DNA of 63,230 nucleotides, the filler included, from Chlamydiia bacterium (GTDB lineage Bacteria > Chlamydiota > Chlamydiia > Chlamydiales > FEN-1388), in NCBI GenBank assembly GCA_903848235.1. It is 10 parts of 10 records of this genome, joined end to end, with 100 filler letters (N's around TTAATTAATTAA, not from the genome) between each part and the next. Parts side by side here need not be neighbours in the genome. Positions count along the whole stretch, not along the records: positions 11,670 to 24,987 come from CAINFV010000256.1; positions 25,088 to 29,602 come from CAINFV010000257.1; 8 more parts are not named here. The stretch is one strand, 5' to 3'. The translations under genes and the position numbers were made by a program. The notes under the pieces are model-generated. The model had not been told where the DNA came from and made no database searches. It saw nothing but the letters and a program-made list of their open reading frames with translations. Of the stretch, positions 19,420 through 29,468 are shown piece after piece. Numbering within the stretch: the first letter of the stretch is position 1; every line of letters begins with the position of its first letter.

Positions 19420-20277
19420 CTACCAATAGCGTGCATCGATTGCAATCCATTCTTCAGGGCATACATCCTGTGTCGGAAGCCCTGAAAACAGCTTGGCAGG
19501 GCGAACGACAATTTTTTCTGGATTTTGATTGAGCCAGGCACTCCACCAGCCGAAGCTTGAATTTGTAATGATGTTATGCTTGCAATAGCTGAGCACATAC
19601 ATATCAATATAGTTTGGCTCGTTTTCAAGAAAAACGACATTTTTGGCCCACGACGGAATGCTATTTTTCGCAAAATCTACATTATTGCTGCTTACCACGA
19701 ATAACGAGGTATCCGGGAATTTGGCCATGGCGGCTTCTAAATATTCCGTCCCGTACTGGGGATATAAATCCCCTGTTGGAAACTCCCATTTGTAATATCG
19801 AATCTGCACGCCGACGGCCTGAGGATGGTTCAACACAGTTGAATACTTCTTCTGAATATATTTCAAGTCATCGGAGCGGGGAGCAAATAATTCAAGCAGT
19901 TGCTTCCGATATTGAGAAAAGTACTTTTCCGATTGGAAATACCCATCAATAGTCATATTAGGGTAATACGGGATAGGATCGTACGAATACCTCGGCTCCT
20001 TCCAACTAATCGCGATATTTGTGGAGGGCAGTTGATTGCTACATCTGAAAAACACGTGTTGAAAGATGGGCGAATTCGAGTCTAAATCGGGGAAACAGGG
20101 CTCCGCATGATGTTCCCAAGCAAGAGCGCTTGCTGTAGCCACCTGAAAAAGGTTATTCCCCAGCTGGCCATAGATTCGAGCTATTACACATGGCTTCTGC
20201 TGATCCAACTCGGCAAAAACGCTGAGCGACAGCATGCTCAACAGCACGAATACTACAACTTCAAAGGCTCTTCTCAT
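19420..20277 (-). CDS. GT11 alpha-1,2-fucosyltransferase-like protein, copy 1
   Basis: GQLGNNLFQ, DGYFQSEKYF, CKHNIITNSSFGWWSAWL. Confidence 0.9.
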   Translation of the reverse strand: MRRAFEVVVFVLLSMLSLSVFAELDQQKPCVIARIYGQLGNNLFQVATASALAWEHHAEPCFPDLDSNSPIFQHVFFRCSNQLPSTNIAISWKEPRYSYDPIPYYPNMTIDGYFQSEKYFSQYRKQLLELFAPRSDDLKYIQKKYSTVLNHPQAVGVQIRYYKWEFPTGDLYPQYGTEYLEAAMAKFPDTSLFVVSSNNVDFAKNSIPSWAKNVVFLENEPNYIDMYVLSYCKHNIITNSSFGWWSAWLNQNPEKIVVRPAKLFSGLPTQDVCPEEWIAIDARYW

Positions 20278-20314
20278 ATTTCTCCATTACTACTACTTAA
20301 AGCATAGTGGTAAG

Positions 20315-21172
20315 CTACTCATGATGAGCATCGATTGCGATCCATTCTTCAGGGCATACATCCTGTGTCGGAAGCCCTGGAAACGGCTTGGCAGGGCGAA
20401 CGACAATTTTTTCTGGATTTTGATTGAGCCAGGCACTCCACCAGCCGAAACTCGAATTTGTAATGATGTTATGTTTGCAGTAGCTGAGCACATACATATC
20501 AATATAGTTTGGCTCATTTTCAAGAAAAACGACATTTTTGGCCCACAACGGCATGCTTTTTTTTGCAAAATCTACATTATTGCTGCTTACCACAAATAGC
20601 GAGGTATCTGGAAATTTGGCCATGGCTGCTTCTAAATATTCTTTTCCGTACTGAGGATATAAACCACCTGCTGGAAACTCCCATTTGTAATACCGAATCT
20701 GCACACCGACGGTCTGAGGATGCTTCAACAACCGAGAATACTTTTTCCGAATATATGCCAAGTCATCGGAGCGGGGAGCAAATAATTCAAGCAGTTGCTT
20801 CCGATATCGAGAAAAATACTTTTCCGATTGGAAATACCCATCAATTTGCATATCTGGGTGATACGGGATGGGATTGTACGAATAGGACGGCTCCCTCCAC
20901 CCAAACGCGATGTTTTTAGAAGGCCGGCGGTTGCTACATCTGAAAAAGACGTGACAATAGACGGGTGAATTGGAGTTAAAATCGGGAAAACAAGGTTCAG
21001 CATGATGTTCCCAAGCAAGAGCGCTTGCAGCAGCCACCTGAAAAAGGTTATTCCCCAGCTGGCCATAGACATGGGCTATTACAAATGGCTTTTGCTGATC
21101 CGGCTCGGCAAAAGCGCTGAGCGACAGCATGCTCAACAGCACAAATACTACAACTTCAAGAACTCTTCTCAT
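20315..21172 (-). CDS. GT11 alpha-1,2-fucosyltransferase-like protein, copy 2
   Basis: Same motifs and same length (285 aa) as copy 1; GGAGG RBS before ATG at 21172. Confidence 0.9.
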   Translation of the reverse strand: MRRVLEVVVFVLLSMLSLSAFAEPDQQKPFVIAHVYGQLGNNLFQVAAASALAWEHHAEPCFPDFNSNSPVYCHVFFRCSNRRPSKNIAFGWREPSYSYNPIPYHPDMQIDGYFQSEKYFSRYRKQLLELFAPRSDDLAYIRKKYSRLLKHPQTVGVQIRYYKWEFPAGGLYPQYGKEYLEAAMAKFPDTSLFVVSSNNVDFAKKSMPLWAKNVVFLENEPNYIDMYVLSYCKHNIITNSSFGWWSAWLNQNPEKIVVRPAKPFPGLPTQDVCPEEWIAIDAHHE

Positions 21173-21249
21173 ATCCCCTCCATTGATACCACTTGCTGCA
21201 GATTCACAGATTTTCAAGATCTTTAGGGTTGGGGCAGTTGACGAACATC

Positions 21250-21816
21250 TCACTTTTGGTTGGTCTGAGAATCCTTTTCCTGCGAGAGTTTTCCTGGCCG
21301 AATATATTTGATAAATTCTTCAGTAAAGGCAAGGTTGGCCATATCCGTCATCCGCTGCAGATACAGTTTCCCATCGAGATGATCGCACTCATGTTGCACC
21401 ACTCGAGCGTGAAACCCATGAGCTTCTATCTTAATGGCCTCCCCTTTCGGAGTCAGATAGGAATAGCGAATGTTGACATATCGAGGAACGCGACCGATCA
21501 ACCCAGGAACTGACAAACAGCCTTCCCAATCCTCTGCCATCTCGTCATCAAGAGGTTCCCATCGGGGGTTGATCATCACCGTCAGAGGAATCTCCCCCCC
21601 CTTCTCTTTAGGAACCGTAAACAGCACAATCCGATATGGAATTTTGACCTGCGGTGCCGCAAGCCCTGCTAGACTTCCAAAATCAATAGCCGTTGCCAAC
21701 ATGTCATCGATGATCCTGTGAGTCTCAGGAGCTGTCGGATCCTGCACCTCATGTGCAATTCCAGCAAGTACAGGGTCTCCCATTCGCGTTATCTTCAATA
21801 TTCGAGGAACTCTCAT
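21250..21816 (-). CDS. def: peptide deformylase
   Basis: GLAAPQV, EGCLS, QHECDHLDG. Confidence 0.95.
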   Translation of the reverse strand: MRVPRILKITRMGDPVLAGIAHEVQDPTAPETHRIIDDMLATAIDFGSLAGLAAPQVKIPYRIVLFTVPKEKGGEIPLTVMINPRWEPLDDEMAEDWEGCLSVPGLIGRVPRYVNIRYSYLTPKGEAIKIEAHGFHARVVQHECDHLDGKLYLQRMTDMANLAFTEEFIKYIRPGKLSQEKDSQTNQK

Positions 21817-21879
21817 TTCTATTTCTCCACATATCGCTCCGCCATGGGACACCATCAACACACACCAAGATCAGACATC

Positions 21880-24800
21880 TTATTTTGAAATGGCTATGAC
21901 CGAGGGCTCTCCATTCAAATCCCATTCTGTACCACCAACAGCGGGACCAAAAACAATCGATGTAGCAAGTGTCTCTTCTTGAATATATGGCAAGAATGGC
22001 TCTAGCGCCGCCCGTGCACGATCTGAGGTTTGAATGTATACAACAATCCTATCCGTGACGGCAAGATCGTGGTCTCGACGCATGGTATTGAGCTTGTTGA
22101 CCACTTCACGAGCTAGCCCTTCTGCTAACAGGGCTTCGTCCAGCGCCACCTCTAGGGCCACTGTCATCCCACTTTCATGCATGGCAACGACACTGTCTCG
22201 CACAAGGCGCACGACCTCCACCTCCTCTTTCGACACTTCGACACGGTCTCCATCCTCAAGATGAAGTACTATGGTGCCTCGTTCGAGAAGCTCGAGGAGC
22301 TTTGAATAATGAAGGTGCTCGAGGGCATGGTGGACAGCCGGCATGCGACTTCCTAGACGTTTCCCCAAGACTCGAAAATTCGGCTTTGCCTTCAGCGTCA
22401 CAAAAGGATGTTCATCATCACTGAAGTCGACCTCTTTGACGTTGATCTCATCGGCAATAATCCCTTTGACAGAGGACAAAAGATTCCGCGTAGTGGCATC
22501 CGCCGTTACGATAAATGCCTTCGAAAGCGGCTGACGCACTTTGAGTTTTAAGCTCTTACGCAAGGCATGGGCAAGCTTTACCACAAGCTGTGCTGCAGCG
22601 TGAGCTGCCTCAAGCGATTCATCGCGCGGGAAGAAATCGGTTGCAGGATATCGGGTTAGGTGCACAGATTCTGGATCTGCAGGCAGACGCAGTGTTTGCC
22701 ATATGAGCTCCATGGTAAACGGAAGAAACGGAGCTGCAACCTTCGTTACCGCTCTCAACACTTGGTATAATGTCTCAAATGCCTCTTTGCGGTCTTGAGA
22801 ATCTTCATCACTCCAAAAACGGCGACGTGAGCGGCGGATATACCAGTTCGTCAGGTGATCGACGAATGGCTGCAAGCGAAGCGAGGCTCCGCTTAAATCA
22901 TATCGGTCTAAGTCCGCCTCTACATCAGCAATGAGCTTCACTGTGACAGACTGCAACCAGCGATCTAGTTCCGCTGTCGGCTGCGCAAAAGTCGAGGGCG
23001 GCGTCCAGTGGTAGATCTGCGCATAGGTAACAAAGAAGCTAACAGCATTCCACAATGGCAAAAGCACTTGGCGTAAGACCAGCTCCACGCCAGCTTCTGA
23101 AAAACAGAGGTCATCGGCATGGACAACAGGGCTTCCGAGCATATACAGCCGCACAGCATCAGCACCATACTTGCCAACAACTTCCAGAGGATCTGGATAG
23201 TTGCGAAGCCTCTTTGACATCTTCTGTCCATCTTCAGCAAGGACAATGCCATTGACAACGACGTTCTTAAAGGCCGGTGAGTCAAAAAGTGCAGCTCCCA
23301 AGACTGTCAGCGTGTAAAACCATCCTCTCGTTTGGTCTAAAGCCTCGGCAATAAACTCCGCTGGGAATAACTTTTCAAAGCGATCTTGATTTTCAAAGGG
23401 ATAATGAAGCTGAGCATATGGCATTGATCCGGATTCAAACCAGCAGTCAAACACCTCAGGAATACGCCGAAATACCTTTCCATCTTTCGTAAATGTCAGG
23501 GTATCGATGAAATGCCTATGAAGGTCATCGGGAGATGCCCCTGTCAGCTCACGAAGCTGCTCTCGGCTTTCTACGACAATACACTCTCCATCATCGGCCC
23601 GCCACAAAGGGATTGGCGTTCCCCAATATCTATTTCGGCTGATAGCCCAGTCACGGGCATTTTCAAGCCATCGTCCAAAGCGTCCATATTTAATATGCTC
23701 TGGCACCCAGTTAATGGCGCTATTCGCCTTCAACAACCGGTCTTTGATCTTTTCGACAGCAACAAACCAGGTAGATACAGCTTTATAGATCAGTGGGGTG
23801 TCAGATCTCCAACAGAATGGATATCGGTGACGGATCGTCTCATGAATGAGGATTCGCCCTTGTGTTTTCAACTCGCGGATGATCTCCTTATCGCAGTCTT
23901 TGACAAACCGCCCTTGATACGGCATGACTTCGTCAGTAAACCGACCATTTTGATCAACAGGGCATGCTACAGGGATTCCTACCTTCTGGCATGCGAAGAA
24001 GTCCACCTCTCCGAATCCCGGCGCCGAGTGCACAAGTCCTGTCCCTTCGTCTAGCTGGACGAAGTCGCTCATGATCACACGAAATGCCCCATGCTCTTTG
24101 AGCTGCAGGAAGAAAGGGAATAGCGGACGATATTTCTTCCCTTCTAGCTCTTGACCCTTCATCCGGCCCACTTCTTGGTATTTCTCATACTCCTTGAGGA
24201 TCGCCGCAGCACGCTGTTCGGCAATGATATATCGCTTCTTTGTCTCTTTGTGTTCTACAACGAGATACTCGACTTCAGGATGGACCATGACCGCTAGGTT
24301 TGAGGGCAGCGTCCATGGCGTTGTCGTCCATATGAGAAGCGATGTGTTATCTTCATCTTCAAGATCTAAGGAGACAACGATTGACGGGTCATCGACCTCT
24401 TTATAGTTTTCTCCTGCCTCAAAATTAGACAGCGGAGTGCCAAGCTTTGCCGAATAGGGCATTACCTTATACCCTTCGTAGATAAGCCCACGACGCCATA
24501 GCTCTGCGAAGACCCACCATACGCTTTCCATGAATGTAGAGTCCATAGTGCGGTAGGTATCAGAAAAGTCTACCCACCGTCCAAATCTGAGGACCGTGCT
24601 CTCCCACTCACTGGTATAGCGAAGGACGATGCTCCGACATTCCTCATTGAACTTGTCGATACCAAAGGCCTCGATACTGGCAGCGCCGCTTAACCCTTTG
24701 GCCTTTTCAATCTCGTTTTCTACTGGCAATCCGTGGCAGTCCCAGCCGAAGCGCCGTGATACTGCAAACCCCTGCATTGCTTTGTAGCGAAGAACGACAT

Positions 24801-24987
24801 CTTTGATCGTGCCGACAAGAAGATGGCCATAATGGGGAAGCCCGGTGGCAAACGGAGGACCGTCGTAAAAGGAGAAAGGAGGGAGCTTTTCACCCTCAAG
24901 AATACTCTTTTCAAGAATCCTTTCTTTCTTCCAAAAATCGATGATCTTTTCTTCTTGTTTTGCCAGAGGTGTCTTTGTATCGACAGA
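21880..24987 (-). CDS. ileS: isoleucine--tRNA ligase (type 2, eukaryote-like); frame open to contig edge, start missing
   Basis: DGPPFATGLPHYGH, GWDCHGLP, WTTTPWT, DQTRGWF, KMSKR. Confidence 0.97.
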   Translation of the reverse strand, partial: SVDTKTPLAKQEEKIIDFWKKERILEKSILEGEKLPPFSFYDGPPFATGLPHYGHLLVGTIKDVVLRYKAMQGFAVSRRFGWDCHGLPVENEIEKAKGLSGAASIEAFGIDKFNEECRSIVLRYTSEWESTVLRFGRWVDFSDTYRTMDSTFMESVWWVFAELWRRGLIYEGYKVMPYSAKLGTPLSNFEAGENYKEVDDPSIVVSLDLEDEDNTSLLIWTTTPWTLPSNLAVMVHPEVEYLVVEHKETKKRYIIAEQRAAAILKEYEKYQEVGRMKGQELEGKKYRPLFPFFLQLKEHGAFRVIMSDFVQLDEGTGLVHSAPGFGEVDFFACQKVGIPVACPVDQNGRFTDEVMPYQGRFVKDCDKEIIRELKTQGRILIHETIRHRYPFCWRSDTPLIYKAVSTWFVAVEKIKDRLLKANSAINWVPEHIKYGRFGRWLENARDWAISRNRYWGTPIPLWRADDGECIVVESREQLRELTGASPDDLHRHFIDTLTFTKDGKVFRRIPEVFDCWFESGSMPYAQLHYPFENQDRFEKLFPAEFIAEALDQTRGWFYTLTVLGAALFDSPAFKNVVVNGIVLAEDGQKMSKRLRNYPDPLEVVGKYGADAVRLYMLGSPVVHADDLCFSEAGVELVLRQVLLPLWNAVSFFVTYAQIYHWTPPSTFAQPTAELDRWLQSVTVKLIADVEADLDRYDLSGASLRLQPFVDHLTNWYIRRSRRRFWSDEDSQDRKEAFETLYQVLRAVTKVAAPFLPFTMELIWQTLRLPADPESVHLTRYPATDFFPRDESLEAAHAAAQLVVKLAHALRKSLKLKVRQPLSKAFIVTADATTRNLLSSVKGIIADEINVKEVDFSDDEHPFVTLKAKPNFRVLGKRLGSRMPAVHHALEHLHYSKLLELLERGTIVLHLEDGDRVEVSKEEVEVVRLVRDSVVAMHESGMTVALEVALDEALLAEGLAREVVNKLNTMRRDHDLAVTDRIVVYIQTSDRARAALEPFLPYIQEETLATSIVFGPAVGGTEWDLNGEPSVIAISK

Positions 24988-25353
24988 NNNNNNNNNNNNN
25001 NNNNNNNNNNNNNNNNNNNNNNNNNNNNNNNTTAATTAATTAANNNNNNNNNNNNNNNNNNNNNNNNNNNNNNNNNNNNNNNNNNNNAGTCCCTTATAAA
25101 GTGGGTTGAAACCAAGAAAAGTTCTTATTTAAATGAAGGGCTGGCCCATTTTAATGAAGCTACCAATAAATTTGACAGCTCTAGTAAGTGGCTTGTAAAA
25201 AGTGAGTAAGGTGATCAATTCCGCTACTGCTGGGGCAGTATATCTAGTGTAAGTATTTTTTATGATTAGTCGAAGGTTTTTCTGGGGTTGGCCCAGAAGA
25301 GATTATTAGGATTTCATCGATATAAAAAATCAAGCGCGCCGCATCTTGTTTCA

Positions 25354-25438
25354 GGGGGAGTGTCGGAATTGGCAGACGAGCATGACTTAGGATCATGTGC
25401 CGAAAGGCTTGGGGGTTCGAGTCCCCCCTTCCCCACCA
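25354..25438 (+). tRNA. tRNA-Leu(TAG) with encoded CCA
   Basis: Acceptor GGGGGAG/CTTCCCC-A-CCA; anticodon arm CATGA-CTTAGGA-TCATG; long variable arm; GGTTCGAGTCC. Confidence 0.96.
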
Positions 25439-26991
25439 AGGGTTCCAATAGGCAGAACTCCTGCTTGTTCGGATGATTTACCATCAGGCGGCATCGGCAG
25501 TGTGTAGTGAACTGTTACCTGCTCTTTGTCTATCTCAACTCTCGTCACGAAAGAACGCAAGAAAGCCTTCCTCTCAGTAATATCGGCTTCTTCTAATACT
25601 CCGCGCAGTTCCTCGGCATATGCCTTGACCAACGCCTCGTCTACCGGTTGCACCCCCTGGACAGCCATCTCAGCCTCCATGAGCACTCTGTTCCTACTGA
25701 GCTCGTCCTGGCGAGCCTTCAATTCTTTGATGCGGGGAGACAGGTCGTTGAGGTCGAGCTTGCCTGTCTCCAGCGCTTCATAGAGTTTTGCTAATCTAGC
25801 TTTCACGTCGTGCAACTCGGCATCAATAATGTCCAAATGGTTCTTCAACCCGGAAGACGCGGTCTGCTGTTCTTCATTCACCATCTTCACGAGCAGTTCC
25901 AGATTCTCCTGGGTGAGGACTCTGGCCCGGAGTTGTTTGACAACCAAACACTCCAGTTTCTCTTTGGGCAACATTCTGGCACTACAAGCCTCTTTGCCTT
26001 GTTTGGAGCTTCTGGAGCAAATGTAATAGAAGTGTGTACCTGACTTGGCGCTGCAGCCAGTCATGGCGCGGCCGCAAGAGCAGAAGACGAGGCCGCTGAG
26101 AAGGAAGACGCTGGATATCCGTCGTGGGTGGATAATCTTGGGGCTCCTGCCTGCCATTTTCTGTTGTATGATCTTAAAGACTTCCCTGTCGATAATAGCC
26201 GGCCAGGCGTTCTCCACTCGCACCGGTGTTTCGCCGCTGTGGATCGCGGGATGACCTTTTCTGCCGCCCCATACCAGTGTGCCGCAATAAGCTTCGTTGG
26301 TAAGGACTTTGTGGGCAGTCACCTTGCCCCAGAGCTCTCCTGTGGAGGTGCGCAGCCCGTCATTGTTGAGTATCTTGGCAATTTCCTTGCAGCCTACATC
26401 CTTGGCCGATAGTTCGAAAATCCTTTTCACGGTTTGCACCGCTGTGGAATCCTCCCCATCCGGCTCTAACTTACGCCTCATCCTGCCTCCGTCACACACA
26501 TCTATCTTGTGGTAGCCATAGGGAGGTCTGCTCCCGTTGAAGAAGCCCCGAGAGGCATTTTCCCTCATGCCCCGCTTGATATCCTGCCCCAAGTTTTCTG
26601 AGTAAAACTCATCGATGGACTCAATGACGCCTTCTAGTAGGCGTCCGGTGGGGCTATCGTCCATGGGCTCATTGATAGAAATAACCTCTATCCCCTTATT
26701 TCTGAGGAGGGTCTTATAGGTTACGGAGTCTGCTCGGCTGCGGGAGAACCTATTGAGTTTCCAGACCAGTATAGCCTGAAATGGAGGTTGCTTGAGCTTG
26801 GCCAGGGCAATCATCTCCCTGAAGGCCGGCCTCTTCGCCGTGCGACCGCTTTCCGCCTCATCCACAAACTCTCGAACGATTTCGTAATCGTGCTTTGCAG
26901 CATAATCTCTCAACGCCCTGAGCTGGGCCGAGATTGAAAGTTCCACGTCTTGGCTATCAGATGATACTCTTGCATAGTTTGCTGCTTTCAT
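25393..26991 (-). CDS. large serine recombinase (integrase)
   Basis: YARVSS catalytic Ser, ESG, NRFSR, recombinase domain, CSCG and YYICS Zn ribbon, coiled coil; 3' end overlaps the tRNA. Confidence 0.95.
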   Translation of the reverse strand: MKAANYARVSSDSQDVELSISAQLRALRDYAAKHDYEIVREFVDEAESGRTAKRPAFREMIALAKLKQPPFQAILVWKLNRFSRSRADSVTYKTLLRNKGIEVISINEPMDDSPTGRLLEGVIESIDEFYSENLGQDIKRGMRENASRGFFNGSRPPYGYHKIDVCDGGRMRRKLEPDGEDSTAVQTVKRIFELSAKDVGCKEIAKILNNDGLRTSTGELWGKVTAHKVLTNEAYCGTLVWGGRKGHPAIHSGETPVRVENAWPAIIDREVFKIIQQKMAGRSPKIIHPRRISSVFLLSGLVFCSCGRAMTGCSAKSGTHFYYICSRSSKQGKEACSARMLPKEKLECLVVKQLRARVLTQENLELLVKMVNEEQQTASSGLKNHLDIIDAELHDVKARLAKLYEALETGKLDLNDLSPRIKELKARQDELSRNRVLMEAEMAVQGVQPVDEALVKAYAEELRGVLEEADITERKAFLRSFVTRVEIDKEQVTVHYTLPMPPDGKSSEQAGVLPIGTLGGEGGTRTPKPFGT

Positions 26992-27028
26992 ATGGTTGTT
27001 ACTCCTTTGAATGTACTTTACTTCTGAG

Positions 27029-28000
27029 TCACAGTAAGCGAGTCGATTGATTGAGACACAATGGACACTGGCCTTGAGGCCTGCCCATCAAAATGAGGCG
27101 GTCAACATAATCCTCCACCTCTTCAACACGCTTCATCAGGGAATGGTAGATATCTTTTACTGGGTATATCCTTTCCTCATGAGATAGTTGCAAAAGCACC
27201 TTCTCGTAGGTCTTGCTGGTGGCCTCTACCTCCTGCATTGATCCTGTATAGACGGTCATTTCTCCACGTTTATTATAGCGAGTCAATTGGACAAGCTTGT
27301 CTCGGGTGCGTTTATCTCGGGTTTGTTCATCATCTCTATCGGAAGCATTTACACGGGAAGAGCATGGCTCCTCGCCAAGGATCTTGTTCCGCAACACTTC
27401 ATCAACAATTATTATACTAATGCCTTCAGCCACAGCATCATCTACCTTGGCATTTTTGAACAGGTTCTTGGCGACTTCCATTAGCTCCAAGCGCGTCTTT
27501 TGGAACTTGGTCCAGTCGCTCTCCCATGCTTCGGTAGCGGTTTTAAGAAGCGGTTCATGTTCCATCAGAGCATCAAGTAACCTGCGACCCAGCCTATCTG
27601 CTTCATGTACTTCGATTTCACCTTCGTAGGTAAGTTCCAAGCCCCTCTCTACCAGAACCTTAGCAGTCTTTTGCATTGCAGATCGTATGCCCATATCAAA
27701 GAAAACAGGAATAGCTAGTTCAGGATTCGTAACTATTGGATCTGAATGTGCTACATCCAGAACGGCTGCTGCTATTTTCAGCAGCATTCGGTAGTGTTCA
27801 TCGAGGTACTTCGCGTCTATCTGTTGGGACACTGCTTCCCAGTGTTCCTTTTCTTTCTCTTCACCCGCTCTCTGTATCCACGACTTCACTGTGCGGTAAT
27901 TGACCCCAAACTCCCGTCCTATGCTTCGGTATGATTCACCTTTTTTGTGCAGGTGTATCCACTGCGCGGCCATCTGGTCATCGATCTTTTTTCTCGCCAT
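27029..28000 (-). CDS. N-terminal HTH protein with C-terminal CxxC
   Basis: GESYRSIGREFGVNYRTVKSWI helix-turn-helix; GQCPLC near the C-terminus. Confidence 0.75.
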   Translation of the reverse strand: MARKKIDDQMAAQWIHLHKKGESYRSIGREFGVNYRTVKSWIQRAGEEKEKEHWEAVSQQIDAKYLDEHYRMLLKIAAAVLDVAHSDPIVTNPELAIPVFFDMGIRSAMQKTAKVLVERGLELTYEGEIEVHEADRLGRRLLDALMEHEPLLKTATEAWESDWTKFQKTRLELMEVAKNLFKNAKVDDAVAEGISIIIVDEVLRNKILGEEPCSSRVNASDRDDEQTRDKRTRDKLVQLTRYNKRGEMTVYTGSMQEVEATSKTYEKVLLQLSHEERIYPVKDIYHSLMKRVEEVEDYVDRLILMGRPQGQCPLCLNQSTRLL

Positions 28001-28155
28001 AACATTCCTTCTTATAAACTGCTGTTTGCATTGTACCACAATAATCGTAAATATGCAATACAATTGTATGTTTACTGTAGTTTTGACCAACTTTTTACCC
28101 TAGTTTACAATGGTCACGCAATTTCAGAAGGTCGAGCTAAATCTCGGGTTATTAG

Positions 28156-28323
28156 ATGGTAAAAGAAATGAAGGAAACAAACGTAGGGCCTAACGAGGAA
28201 GGACTTCGGATACTTGCTCGAATTATAGCTCGCATCCATGCCCGCGATACCCAGAACAAAACTGCGATGGAAGCTGAGGAACAATTACAGAAGGAACAAG
28301 GAAACAGCGGGAAGGCCGCATAA
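28156..28323 (+). CDS. small protein (55 aa), not in ORF track
   Basis: MVKEMKETNVGPNEEGLRILARIIARIHAR...AA*; first gene of the divergent operon, immediately followed by the next RBS. Confidence 0.6.
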   Translation: MVKEMKETNVGPNEEGLRILARIIARIHARDTQNKTAMEAEEQLQKEQGNSGKAA

Positions 28324-28341
28324 TAAATGGAGGTAATGGAT

Positions 28342-28734
28342 ATGTCAAAAGGAAAAAAGCAGAAGAGGACCCCTTCGAAAATAGAATACGATGAGCAACA
28401 TCCTATTGTGAGTTTTCGCATTGATAAAGAGTTGTACGACCAACTCAGGGCAGTCAAAGAGAAAGAGGGTAAAAGCACTGTTGATGTGTTGAAAATCGGA
28501 CTCGGTATTTTAACAGTGAAAGTCAAAGAGGAAGGCGTGATCCAGAAAGCGGCTTATGCGAAAGGCTTTAGCGCTGGTTATAAAAAGGCTGAAGATTTGT
28601 TTAAGATTACGTTTCAATGTCATGTCTGCAAAGAGACAATAGACGTGACCGATGAATCGCCGAAAAAAGACATCAAGCGTTATTTGAAAGAAGCAGGATG
28701 GTGTCATACGAACTGTGCTGATCGGGGACGATAA
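28342..28734 (+). CDS. ribbon-helix-helix-like DNA-binding protein with C-terminal Zn finger
   Basis: PIVSFRIDKELYDQL; CHVC...HTNC; GGAGG RBS. Confidence 0.7.
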   Translation: MSKGKKQKRTPSKIEYDEQHPIVSFRIDKELYDQLRAVKEKEGKSTVDVLKIGLGILTVKVKEEGVIQKAAYAKGFSAGYKKAEDLFKITFQCHVCKETIDVTDESPKKDIKRYLKEAGWCHTNCADRGR

Positions 28735-28769
28735 TTGAATTGAAACTCGGTAATCACGGATGTGGATCA

Positions 28770-29468
28770 ATGACCAAAGCGTATTTAGAGTCTAAAGAAA
28801 TCGAGCAACTGGAGGGAGCAGCAACCAACACTCGCGATAAGTTATTGGTGAGATTGCTCTTCTATCTCGGCTGCCGTGTCTCGGAGGCCATTGCGCTGAC
28901 TCCAGATGACATAAACCTCGAACACGGCACAGTCACGATTAAGCATCTCAAATCCCGCATGAAGATCTCCTGCCCGCAATGCAACACCAGGCTGGGCAAG
29001 GCTCATACCTTCTGCCCTAAGTGCGGTATCAAGGTGGAGGAGACAGTAGCTAAGGAGCAGGAGCATCGCCGCGTGCGCACCTTGCCTCTGGATGACGACA
29101 CTCTGTTACTTCTGAAGGATTACATCAAGCGCGGTGGCCCGGTGACCAAGAACGGCAAACAAATGATCTTCGGCATCAACCGACACCGCGCCTGGCAGAT
29201 AGTGAAGGATTGCGCTACAAGAGCCGGGCTCGGCGACCTGGTGAACCCGGTCACCGGTAGAAAATGTGGTATTAGTCCACACCGGCTGAGAGACGCCTTT
29301 GCCGTGAATGCTATGAAGCATGACGACTCCGGCGACGGCCTCAGAATGCTCCAGGAGCACCTTGGCCACTCCAACTTCAATACCACGGCCAGATACAGAA
29401 AAATCGCAGGCGAGGAGCACCGCGAGTGGTACCAGAAGATCTGGGAGAAGGGCAAAGAAAGTGGCTGA
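28770..29468 (+). CDS. catalytic-domain-only tyrosine recombinase with double zinc-ribbon insertion
   Basis: GCRVSE, HRLR, LGH, Tyr in TARY; CPQC and CPKC insert. Confidence 0.92.
   Translation: MTKAYLESKEIEQLEGAATNTRDKLLVRLLFYLGCRVSEAIALTPDDINLEHGTVTIKHLKSRMKISCPQCNTRLGKAHTFCPKCGIKVEETVAKEQEHRRVRTLPLDDDTLLLLKDYIKRGGPVTKNGKQMIFGINRHRAWQIVKDCATRAGLGDLVNPVTGRKCGISPHRLRDAFAVNAMKHDDSGDGLRMLQEHLGHSNFNTTARYRKIAGEEHREWYQKIWEKGKESG

Noticed and set aside
19420..21172. GT11 duplication as an assembly artefact or DGR template/variable pair
   Set aside because: Substitutions are spread throughout, both frames are intact, changes do not look adenine-specific and no reverse transcriptase is visible
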